This document shows positions 9,949-18,160 of a stretch of 64,000 nt of DNA, piece after piece (position 1 is the first letter of the stretch; each line of letters starts with the position of its first letter). Source of the DNA: Planctomycetota bacterium (GTDB lineage Bacteria > Planctomycetota > Brocadiia > JAADGH01); contig JBFMAD010000005.1 of NCBI GenBank assembly GCA_040755855.1, positions 96,001 through 160,000 on the forward strand, read 5' to 3'. The position numbers were made by a program, and so were the translations under genes. The notes under the pieces were generated by a model. The model ran no database searches. It saw only the letters and a program-made list of their open reading frames with translations, and was not told where the DNA came from.

Positions 9949-10866
9949 CTATTCAAAGAGCGCATCCACAAAGGCGTCCGCGTTGAACGTCTGGATGTCC
10001 TCCGGTTTTTCGCCTACACCTACCAGCTTGACAGGGATGTCAATCTGGTTGCGCATGCCGAGCACGATCCCGCCCTTGGCCGTGCCATCGAGCTTAGCCA
10101 GGATGATGCCGGTGACGCCGACCGCCGCGCTGAAGAGTTTGGCCTGGCTGATGGCGTTCTGGCCGGTGGTGGCGTCGAGGACAAGCAGTACCTCATGGGG
10201 CGCGCCGGGAATCTTCTTGCCGACAACGCGGTGTATTTTCTGGAGTTCGTTCATCAGGTTGCGCTCGGTGTGAAGCCGCCCGGCGGTGTCCACGATGACC
10301 ACATCCGCTCCACGCGCCAGCGCCGCTTCGAGGGCGTCGAAGGCCACGGCGCCCGGGTCCGCGCCTGATTGATGGCGGACAATGTCCACGCCGATCCGTT
10401 GGCTCCAGATTTCGAGCTGCTCCACCGCCGCGGCGCGGAAGGTGTCGGATGCGGCGAGCAATACATTCTTGCCGTCATTCTTCAGCAAGTTGGCGAGCTT
10501 GGCGATGGATGTGGTCTTGCCGGAGCCGTTGACGCCCGCCACAAGTAGGACAGTAGGGGGGGTGGGAGCGAAGTGAATCTCCGTGTCCCACCCGCGCAGG
10601 CTTTGCTTCATCTCGGTTTTCAGGAAGTCGAGTACCTGGGAGGAGTCGTCAATCTTCTTGTCCTTGTAGGCCTGCTGGAGGTCCTCGATGATCTTCATCG
10701 TGACCTGCGGGCCTATGTCGGAGGCGAGGAGAATCTCTTCAATTTCCTCCAGACATTCCTCGTCAATCTTCCTTCCGAGGGTCAGAATGGCCTTCATGCC
10801 CGCGGCGAATTTTGCGCGGGTCTTCTGAAGCCCTTCTTTCAGTTTGCTGAGAGAGAACCAAGCCAT
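9949..10866 (-). CDS. ftsY: Signal recognition particle receptor FtsY
   Basis: [40 protein letters not shown]. Confidence 0.97.
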   Translation of the reverse strand: MAWFSLSKLKEGLQKTRAKFAAGMKAILTLGRKIDEECLEEIEEILLASDIGPQVTMKIIEDLQQAYKDKKIDDSSQVLDFLKTEMKQSLRGWDTEIHFAPTPPTVLLVAGVNGSGKTTSIAKLANLLKNDGKNVLLAASDTFRAAAVEQLEIWSQRIGVDIVRHQSGADPGAVAFDALEAALARGADVVIVDTAGRLHTERNLMNELQKIHRVVGKKIPGAPHEVLLVLDATTGQNAISQAKLFSAAVGVTGIILAKLDGTAKGGIVLGMRNQIDIPVKLVGVGEKPEDIQTFNADAFVDALFE

Positions 10867-10900
10867 AGTTCACCGTGTGGGGATCAGATAATGAGGGCGG

Positions 10901-11773
10901 TTAGAGCCTGACCGTTTGGGCCATTCCCCGGAGGCGATCAACGCACTCTGCGGGAACGCGCACTCGCCCGAGATAACTGTCGTCCTTCCATGCGCCGTGC
11001 CAATCGGCCCCGCCGCTCAGGGCAAGATCGTACTCGTGCGCGAGGCGGAGGTAGTAGTGAAAGTCCGCCTCGTTCTGCTGGGCCCAGTAGACCTCGATGG
11101 CCCCCAGTCCGGCCTCTGCGAGGCTGGGAATCAGTTCGTCCCGGCCGGTCAGAAGGGGATGGGCAAGGACAGAAACGCCGCCGGCGTTTGCGATCAGATC
11201 AATTGCTTCCTCCGGCGGGAGGGACATCTTCGGCACATACGCCGGGGCGTTGTCGCCCAGGTAGCGCCGGAACGCCTCGTTGTAGTTCGCTGCGTAGCCG
11301 GCGTTGATCAGGGCGGCGGCCATGTGCGGCCGGCCCGGGTTGGCCCGGCTGGCGATCTCAAGGACAGTTTCAGGGGCAACGTCAATGTCCATTCCGGCAA
11401 GTCGTTCGCTCATCTCGGCGATGCGCTCTCGTCGTCGGCGCCGGATTTCCTTGAGTTTAGCGCCGAGCGCTTTCTCCCTGGGATCAATGAACAGGCCCAC
11501 AATGTGAATCTCCCCCGCATGGTCGGAGGCCGATAGTTCCACACCGGGGATGACCTCGACGCCGAGCTTCTCGCCCTGGCGAAGGGCATATGCAAGCCCC
11601 GCCGTCGTGTCATGATCGGTGATGGCAATGGCGCTAAGGCCGATGTCTTTCGCCCGTTGCACGGCCTCGGCGGGCGTAGCCGAGCCGTCGGAGTGGACCG
11701 TGTGCAGATGTAGATCCGCCCCGCCGAATTCATTGGTTGGAACCACCGGATCGTCGAATTTCAAACTACTCAC
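10901..11773 (-). CDS. PHP-domain metal-dependent phosphoesterase (TrpH/YciV family)
   Basis: DLHLHTVHSDG, AITDHD, PGVELS, GRPH, LAHP, GGADWHG. Confidence 0.9.
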   Translation of the reverse strand: MSSLKFDDPVVPTNEFGGADLHLHTVHSDGSATPAEAVQRAKDIGLSAIAITDHDTTAGLAYALRQGEKLGVEVIPGVELSASDHAGEIHIVGLFIDPREKALGAKLKEIRRRRRERIAEMSERLAGMDIDVAPETVLEIASRANPGRPHMAAALINAGYAANYNEAFRRYLGDNAPAYVPKMSLPPEEAIDLIANAGGVSVLAHPLLTGRDELIPSLAEAGLGAIEVYWAQQNEADFHYYLRLAHEYDLALSGGADWHGAWKDDSYLGRVRVPAECVDRLRGMAQTVRL

Positions 11774-11781
11774 GGATGTGT

Positions 11782-12321
11782 TCAGTCCTCCCTTTCCGTC
11801 AAGGGACCGGTGCGGCCGGTTTCCCGGATGTTGTCCAGGATGCCGTTGACGAACGATCCGGACTCGGCCCCGCCGAATCGCTTCGCCAGGTCAATGGCCT
11901 CGTTCAGCGCCACCTTGGGGGGGATATCCTCTTGAAACATCAGCTCATAGGCCCCGATGCGCAAGATCGTCAAGTCCACCAGGGCCATGCGGGCGAGGTC
12001 CCAGTGCTCGGTCGTTCCCTTGAGTTTTTGGTCAATGGCTTCTGTCTGCGCCCGGACGCCGTTCATCAGGATCAGGAGATATTCCGCGACGGCGGCGTCC
12101 GGCTTCGCGTCGCGCAGAAATTCCCCTCCGTCCGAGTATCGTTTCACGTTGCGCAGCCGCCACTGATCGTCCGCCAGCCCCAATTCGTATTCAAGGACGG
12201 TATCCTTCCATGACTTCTCGCGGCAGAAAATGCCGGCGTCGGCGCAGGCCTTCTCGCCAAGCAATTGCCATTGGTAGAGGCCCTGGAGGGCAATCTCTCG
12301 GGCGCGAGTGCGCTTTCTCAT
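11782..12321 (-). CDS. nusB: Transcription antitermination factor NusB (with internal insertion)
   Basis: RTRAREIALQGLYQ, WDLARMALVDLTILRIGAYEL, VALNEAIDLAKRFG, FVNGILD; located downstream of ribH. Confidence 0.93.
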   Translation of the reverse strand: MRKRTRAREIALQGLYQWQLLGEKACADAGIFCREKSWKDTVLEYELGLADDQWRLRNVKRYSDGGEFLRDAKPDAAVAEYLLILMNGVRAQTEAIDQKLKGTTEHWDLARMALVDLTILRIGAYELMFQEDIPPKVALNEAIDLAKRFGGAESGSFVNGILDNIRETGRTGPLTERED

Positions 12322-12353
12322 GGACCCGTCTCAAGGAAGGCTGCGCCAACCCA

Positions 12354-12830
12354 TCACTTTTTTGAGGACATCTGCGCGAACAGGTTCACCATCTCGATAG
12401 CGGCCAGCGCTGCGTCGGCCCCCTTGTTGCCCGACTTCGTGCCGGCGCGCTCGATGGCCTGTTCGATGTTATCGGTGGTCAGCACCCCGAAGGTGGTGGG
12501 CACGCCGGTGGACAGCCCCACCTGCGCGATCCCTTTGGCCGCTTCGGCGGCCACGTACTCGAAATGAGGAGTCGCGCCCCGGATGACCGCCCCGAGGCAG
12601 ACAACGGCGTCATACTTCCCGCTTTCCGCCACACGCTTGGCCGTCAGGGGCATCTCGAAAGAGCCTGGGACCCAATATACATCAATATCTTTCTCGGCCA
12701 CGCCATGCCGCTCCAGGCAGTCAATGGCCCCGGACAAGAGCTTGTTCGTGATGAATTCGTTGAACCGGCTGGCGACGAGGCCGAATTTTTTTCCGTCGCC
12801 TTTCAACTTGCCCTGGATGATGTTTGCCAT
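12354..12830 (-). CDS. ribH: 6,7-dimethyl-8-ribityllumazine synthase
   Basis: [44 protein letters not shown]. Confidence 0.97.
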   Translation of the reverse strand: MANIIQGKLKGDGKKFGLVASRFNEFITNKLLSGAIDCLERHGVAEKDIDVYWVPGSFEMPLTAKRVAESGKYDAVVCLGAVIRGATPHFEYVAAEAAKGIAQVGLSTGVPTTFGVLTTDNIEQAIERAGTKSGNKGADAALAAIEMVNLFAQMSSKK

Positions 12831-12935
12831 GCGTGGGGTTCCTTCAGGCGTAAGTTATCTGACAAAGCAATATTATATCAAAATTGCTTGGCATTGCAAG
12901 CCTTTTCCTGCCGGGACTCAGGATCGTGTGCCGCA

Positions 12936-13376
12936 CTATTCCCTGGTTTTGAACACCCAGACGAACGGCACGGCCGCACTGCCGTCCAACGACTTGAATC
13001 CCGTGTAGCGCGAGTCGTTCACGCCGACGGCGTAGAGTGTATTTGGACTGAGCCTGACCGGCAGCACACACGTGCGCCCGTCGTCTTCCCACCGGGGCGG
13101 CGGGCTTCCGCGATAGCCGGGGTACACGCCGATCCGCTCGTGCATGATCCATGAAAAGTTCTCCCCGACGGTCATGGGGCGGTCGAAAATGACCTTGATC
13201 TCGGTCAGCCGGAAGTCCACGTCCTTCGCCCGGTTAGCCGGCTCCACCTTGACGACACAGGGCGGGAGATCCGGGTCGAAATCCAGGCCCTTGTCTTGAG
13301 CCAGAGCGAATGGGACCAGGAGTCCGGCGGTCAGAACAATAGCAGTCCATTTTATGCGTTTCATGTCTTTCTCCAA
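12936..13376 (-). CDS. Secreted Ig-like (Big_5-type) domain protein
   Basis: Signal peptide; PCVVKVEPANRAKDVD..EIKVIFDRPM..LSPNTLYAV..FVWVFKT. Start may be the second Met. Confidence 0.75.
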   Translation of the reverse strand: MEKDMKRIKWTAIVLTAGLLVPFALAQDKGLDFDPDLPPCVVKVEPANRAKDVDFRLTEIKVIFDRPMTVGENFSWIMHERIGVYPGYRGSPPPRWEDDGRTCVLPVRLSPNTLYAVGVNDSRYTGFKSLDGSAAVPFVWVFKTRE

Positions 13377-13552
13377 TCACGCGGCGATGCGCATCTTACG
13401 CCTACCGTTGCTGACGGCAAGCATAGCATGATATTCGCGGTTCAGCAAGGAGTTTTTATTGCTTGAATGCCTTGACGACCGCAAGGACAGGTGATATGCT
13501 TATTACGGCGGCTCCGACTGCCCGGCCCCTGGGGAGACTGAGAAGCAGAACG

Positions 13553-14644
13553 ATGAGCGACGAGTCCCGTCCGATCCTGTCAGAGAAAGTTACCCGTGCG
13601 GTTCTGAGTGTTGCTGTTCCTGCTTTCATTGCCGGGACAGGGATACTTGCCGCTGTCTTTTCGATTGCCGTCAATGAGGTTTTCGGCTTCTTCGTTGCCG
13701 CTGCCTTGTGTTATGTGATCCCGCTTGTCGTCGGGCACATGATTTCGTATTTCGCAGGCAGGACGGACGAGCGACCGGGCTGCGCACTGTTCGCGGCTCT
13801 ATGGCTGATGCTTTTTTGCGCGGTCTTTCCCCCCGATCTTCAAACTGGGCGGGGCATGATCATCACATTGCCTTTCGTTCTTCCCATCCTCATGGCCGGT
13901 GTTTGGAACTGTTTCGCAGGGCATCTACGACGCGACCACATCACTATCATTGTTCTCCTGGGTATTGTGCTCTTGGGATTCCCCACCTTCCTGACGGTCG
14001 TTGCCATATCCAGAAGATGGTCCATACCGGGTGTCCCCGGCAACGTTCTCGTCGTGACGGTTATGGCGTCGTATGTCCTTCCTCTTGTCCTTCTCGCACG
14101 GATTGCCCTCTGGATGGAGGCTATTGCCTGTGCGCGTAGATCGACCGCGGTGCATGAGGCGGCTCGCGACGGTAACGAGGAAATGCTCATCGAGTCTCTT
14201 GCCGAAGATGATCGCAGCGATCTTCGGCTCACAGACAACGACGGTCGCACGCCTCTCCATGTGGCAACCGAGGCCGGACAACTGCACATTGTAGAACTCC
14301 TTATTCGGAAGGGCGCCGAGGTGGATGTTCGAGACTATGCCGAGCAAACTCCCCTGCATTACGCTGCACACGTCAGAGAACCGGCCTATTCCGAATTGAT
14401 CGCAGAGCGACTTATCGAAAATGGCGCGGATATGAATGCTGTAGACCGCTATGGCCACACGCCGCTCCACCACGCTGCCTATCACAAGCGCATCGAGTTA
14501 GCCAGAGTTCTGATGTCGTGCGGGGCGAATGCGAAGGCAACAGACACCAAAGGGCGTACGCCCCTCGACATCGCTGTGGAGCGGGGGCATGGGGAAGTGG
14601 CGGAGATAATTCGGAGGCATATCGAGGGACGGGAAAATGGATAG
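13553..14644 (+). CDS. Membrane protein with C-terminal ankyrin repeats
   Basis: About six N-terminal hydrophobic helices followed by GRTPLHVA, EQTPLHYAA, GHTPLHHAA and GRTPLDIA repeats. Start uncertain (ORF open from 13463). Confidence 0.85.
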   Translation: MSDESRPILSEKVTRAVLSVAVPAFIAGTGILAAVFSIAVNEVFGFFVAAALCYVIPLVVGHMISYFAGRTDERPGCALFAALWLMLFCAVFPPDLQTGRGMIITLPFVLPILMAGVWNCFAGHLRRDHITIIVLLGIVLLGFPTFLTVVAISRRWSIPGVPGNVLVVTVMASYVLPLVLLARIALWMEAIACARRSTAVHEAARDGNEEMLIESLAEDDRSDLRLTDNDGRTPLHVATEAGQLHIVELLIRKGAEVDVRDYAEQTPLHYAAHVREPAYSELIAERLIENGADMNAVDRYGHTPLHHAAYHKRIELARVLMSCGANAKATDTKGRTPLDIAVERGHGEVAEIIRRHIEGRENG

Positions 14645-15012
14645 GCTCTAAGTTATTAGTTCTCTATTGGAGTATAGTTATATAATATTATATAATAAAT
14701 ATCACAATCGGACTTGACAGCTGCCCATTTGTGTGATATGATACTTCTAAAGGACTCTCCACGCAGGGGGAGAGTGGTCCGATGGAGATAGTGTACCGAG
14801 GTCATTACCATGAATGCATGTATCTACCCGAAAAGAGTAGAAATGACCGAACGAAATCTCTGCAAAAACGAGGAGCCGGGCGGCGTCTGACCAATGCTCT
14901 GTTCTGATGTGAAGCCTCGGAACGAGCAAAAACATTGAAATTACAAAACGAACTCCCGAAAAGAACTTTCCTTCAGGGATGCGCAGTCAGTCTATGTAGT
15001 TAGAGCCTATCC
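14639..15012. mobile_element. Non-coding element bounded by perfect 13-bp inverted repeats (MITE-like or invertible segment candidate)
   Basis: GGATAGGCTCTAA (14639-14651) and TTAGAGCCTATCC (15000-15012); AT-rich interior with no credible ORF. Confidence 0.5.
14714..14742 (+). promoter_or_regulatory. Near-consensus sigma70 promoter with extended -10
   Basis: TTGACA-17 nt-TATGAT with TG just upstream of the -10; AT-rich UP-like tract upstream. Confidence 0.7.
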
Positions 15013-15014
15013 CC

Positions 15015-15809
15015 TTAGCGGCCGTCGCGCCGCTCCTGCCAGTCACGCATCCGGCGGCGCCAGGGGTTCTTGATGTCCTCGATGAGATCTTTCGCGTCAA
15101 CATCGCGTCCCGCCTCCTTCATGCGGGCCATCTGTTCGAGGGTGTTTCTGATCTGCTCCTCGCTGACGAACCGCAACAATGCCTCCTTGTCGTCGCGAAT
15201 CAGCTCACCGCCGCGACGGAGCGTCTGAATCGCCTTCGTGCGGTCGCCGGCTGCCTCGTGGAGTTTCGACAATGTGACCAGAACGAGGGCGATGGATTGC
15301 GCCCCTTGTGCATTTTTGAGGAGTTCCTCGACGACCGCCGCGCCCTCCGCAGGCTGCTTCTTCCCCTGGTAAATCTCGGCGATGTACTCGGCGGCGTAGC
15401 AGGCCAGCGGGCCGGTTGCCTTCCGATATTCGGCCACGGCGCCGTCCGGGTCGTTCATCGCCTCCCGGAGGATGTTCCCGATAGACAGGTGCGCGCCGGG
15501 GACGGCCTCGTCATCGGGGCTGTTCTGCACGATCTGCCTCAGCTCCTCGACGGCCTCGGCCGGTTCGCCCTTCTGCACCAGGAGGTCGGCGGCGTTGAAA
15601 TGCGCGCGGTCTATGACATTGATCTGCCAGGGATACATGATGGGACCGGACTGGCGCACGGCAAGGCCCGGCCCCATGGTTCGGACGGCGAATTGCGGAC
15701 GCCCTCGTTCCCGCCCCTGTTCATCGTTGCGCAGTTCCTGAGCGAGGAGACAGCAGCTTCCCACTGTGAAGATCGCCGGAACCACGATGGCGAAGAGACG
15801 GTTCATCAT
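15015..15809 (-). CDS. Secreted TPR-like protein
   Basis: Signal peptide and helical TPR-like repeats; paralogue of the upstream gene. Confidence 0.75.
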   Translation of the reverse strand: MMNRLFAIVVPAIFTVGSCCLLAQELRNDEQGRERGRPQFAVRTMGPGLAVRQSGPIMYPWQINVIDRAHFNAADLLVQKGEPAEAVEELRQIVQNSPDDEAVPGAHLSIGNILREAMNDPDGAVAEYRKATGPLACYAAEYIAEIYQGKKQPAEGAAVVEELLKNAQGAQSIALVLVTLSKLHEAAGDRTKAIQTLRRGGELIRDDKEALLRFVSEEQIRNTLEQMARMKEAGRDVDAKDLIEDIKNPWRRRMRDWQERRDGR

Positions 15810-15839
15810 TCCCTTGTTTCCGCGGGGGCGGGCAGACGG

Positions 15840-16736
15840 CTATTCCCTCGGAGCCCCCTCGACGGGCTTCTCCGGGGGCTTGTCGGGTCGTCCGCCGCGC
15901 ATCTTTTCCTGCATCTCCCGGACCTTTTGTTCCATGCGTTCCGCATCCTCGAACTGTCCCTTTGCACGAAGCTCCTCGATCCTTTCCCGAACCTTATCCA
16001 TGGGGAAGAAATCGGGGCGGCCGGGGCCTTTGTCCATGCGAATCGCCTCGGCTTCATCGTAGGTGATCATCTGCGGGATGCGCCGCAGCGTCTCGATGGC
16101 CTTGTCTATGTTCCCCGCGCGGCGATAGATGTTGGCCACCTCGTTCAGGATGAACGCCTTTTCCTGGGTTTGCGTGGCCTGCATCAGGCGGTCCTCAAGA
16201 ACCTTGGCCGCCTGGTCGGGTTGGCCCATCGTCTCGTAGCACTGGATCATTGACTTCATGGCGCGGTCGGCGAGGTCGCCCGTGACCTGTTTGTACTCTG
16301 CAAGGGCTTGGTCGGTTTGTTGCAGCTTGAAGCGGTAGATGTGCCCGGCGACGAGGTGCGCCCCGGCCTTGGCCCGCTCGTCGGGGCTTTCGTCCACGAC
16401 CTTCGACAGTTCCTTGATGGCGTTCTCGTATTCGCCCTTCTCGTAGAGGAGCTGCGCGACGGTGTAGAAGGCCTTGTCTACCACGTTCAGGTCGCCAAGG
16501 TCGGCGAAGGGGTCCTGCTCCTGCGGCGGTTTCGGGGGCCTGTGGTGGTCCCACTCCGGCTGCGGCATGAATCGCCCTCTTTCCCATCCTTCCTCCGGGC
16601 GGCGGGGTCTATCCCGCTCGCGTTCTCTTTCTTCTGGGCGCGGCCCCCTTTCCTCGCGCTCCTGGGCCAGGACGGTGAGAGAACAAACCATGAACAAAAC
16701 AAGCGCACATCGGACGGATCGGGCGAGTGTTTGCAT
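15840..16736 (-). CDS. Secreted TPR-like protein
   Basis: Start MQTLARS after GGAGG; signal peptide; TPRs AFYTVAQLLYEKGEYENAIKEL and ILNEVANIYRRAGNIDKAIETL. Confidence 0.8.
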   Translation of the reverse strand: MQTLARSVRCALVLFMVCSLTVLAQEREERGPRPEERERERDRPRRPEEGWERGRFMPQPEWDHHRPPKPPQEQDPFADLGDLNVVDKAFYTVAQLLYEKGEYENAIKELSKVVDESPDERAKAGAHLVAGHIYRFKLQQTDQALAEYKQVTGDLADRAMKSMIQCYETMGQPDQAAKVLEDRLMQATQTQEKAFILNEVANIYRRAGNIDKAIETLRRIPQMITYDEAEAIRMDKGPGRPDFFPMDKVRERIEELRAKGQFEDAERMEQKVREMQEKMRGGRPDKPPEKPVEGAPRE

Positions 16737-16768
16737 CGTTCTGCCTCCAAGAGACACGGGATGCCGTC

Positions 16769-17221
16769 TCACGACGACGGTACGGTCAGCTGGTTGTCGC
16801 ATCCGTGGCACGTTATTTTCTTTCCGGCCATCTCTTTGGCTACGGAAATTTTTTCGCCGCAGAGAAGGCACTCAAAATTGATGCCTCCTTTGCCTCCCTT
16901 CGGCGGTGGGGGAGGCGCCGCGGCTTTCTTCTTGGGGGCGGGCTTCGGTTTCTTGGATGTATCGCCTACAGCGACCGGCTCGGGTTCAATCTTGGGCGGT
17001 TCAGGCGGGGGCATAGGGGGGAAGGCATCCTCCGCCGCCTCCTCCAGGATGGAAGCGGTGATCTCCTCCGTGGCCTCGCCGACCAGTTGGTCTACGGCCG
17101 GGGCGCTTTCAGGCGCCTTCAAAAGCTTTCGGCAAAATGGGCAGCGCCCATGCCGCCCGCCGTGTTCGCTTGCAACACTCAGTTTTCCGCCGCAGTTATG
17201 ACACTTGAACTCGATAGGCAT
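16769..17221 (-). CDS. Zinc-ribbon domain protein (two zinc ribbons, Pro-rich linker)
   Basis: MPIEFKCHNC..CPFC and INFECLLC..CHGC. Confidence 0.75.
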   Translation of the reverse strand: MPIEFKCHNCGGKLSVASEHGGRHGRCPFCRKLLKAPESAPAVDQLVGEATEEITASILEEAAEDAFPPMPPPEPPKIEPEPVAVGDTSKKPKPAPKKKAAAPPPPPKGGKGGINFECLLCGEKISVAKEMAGKKITCHGCDNQLTVPSS

Positions 17222-17223
17222 AT

Positions 17224-18117
17224 TTAGTACTTCTTCTCCTGAATTTTTGTAATTGCCTTGGCAAGGGCGGCTTTTACAATGGCAGGGTTGGACGAGGCTG
17301 CCTTTTCCAGATAGTATATGGCATCGGGGTTTCCGATTTCACCCAATGCCTGCGCGGCGCGGACGCGCCCGTGGTCTTCGGACGTCGTCAACATGGTAAT
17401 CAGGGCGTCAAATTGCTCCTTTTCTCCGAGCGCGAACAGTGCATACCGCGCCCCTGCTTCCACTTGTCCGCTTTCGTCCAGACCGCGAAGGGCCTCACGG
17501 AGCGGCGCCTTGGCGTCCTCCGCGCCACAGGTGGCAAGGGCCCATGCCGCATCGGCGCGGATCGGTTCAACGGGGTCTTTCAAAAGTTGGACGAGGACCT
17601 CTGAGGCGCGCTGGTCGCCCACCTTTCCCAAACCCTGGACACAGCATTGCCGGATGGAAGGGTCGTCATCTCTCGCAAATTTAATCAACGCCTTTACGGC
17701 GGTGACATTAGGAGACTTGGCGAGTTCCTTGGCGGCTGCCCGGCGATCGGGCATGCTCTTGGACTCGAGAAGACTGATGAATCCTTGCACCTTGATGCGC
17801 TGAATGAGCCACGGCAGGTTCACCAGGAGCAGCGCAAGAAGGACGATTGCCACTACGAGGAGCATTTTGCCGGGATGCTTCGCAAGGATGGGTATCGCCT
17901 GTTGCCGTCTGACCTTTTCGGCCTCGACGGCCATCCGATCTTCGAACGTGACCTCCTTCTTTTCGGCGGGGGGGGCGGCCGCCACTGCCGGCGGTCGGTC
18001 CGGCCTGGGGATGGTCATCACGCCGCCGCATTCCGTGCACTCCACCTGCTTGCCGGCGAGGTGCTCCTCAAGCCGCAGGAATGCGCCGCATTTTGGACAT
18101 TCAACTTCAATCGTCAT
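17224..18117 (-). CDS. Zinc-ribbon / transmembrane / HEAT-repeat protein
   Basis: MTIEVECPKC..CTEC, one TM helix and HEAT_2-like repeats (IRADAAWALA, RVRAAQALGEIG). Confidence 0.85.
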   Translation of the reverse strand: MTIEVECPKCGAFLRLEEHLAGKQVECTECGGVMTIPRPDRPPAVAAAPPAEKKEVTFEDRMAVEAEKVRRQQAIPILAKHPGKMLLVVAIVLLALLLVNLPWLIQRIKVQGFISLLESKSMPDRRAAAKELAKSPNVTAVKALIKFARDDDPSIRQCCVQGLGKVGDQRASEVLVQLLKDPVEPIRADAAWALATCGAEDAKAPLREALRGLDESGQVEAGARYALFALGEKEQFDALITMLTTSEDHGRVRAAQALGEIGNPDAIYYLEKAASSNPAIVKAALAKAITKIQEKKY

Positions 18118-18160
18118 AGCGCTTCTTTTCCGCGTTCAATCGTGCCGAGGCGGCAAAGGC

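Noticed and set aside
10901..10913. TTAGAGCCTGACC resembling the 15000-15012 repeat
   Set aside because: Only a partial match coinciding with the PHP gene stop, with no partner end; probably chance.
14860..14925. Possible hammerhead ribozyme (CTGATG and CGAAA-like words)
   Set aside because: The core reads CTGATGT rather than CTGATGA, and I could not build the three required stems.
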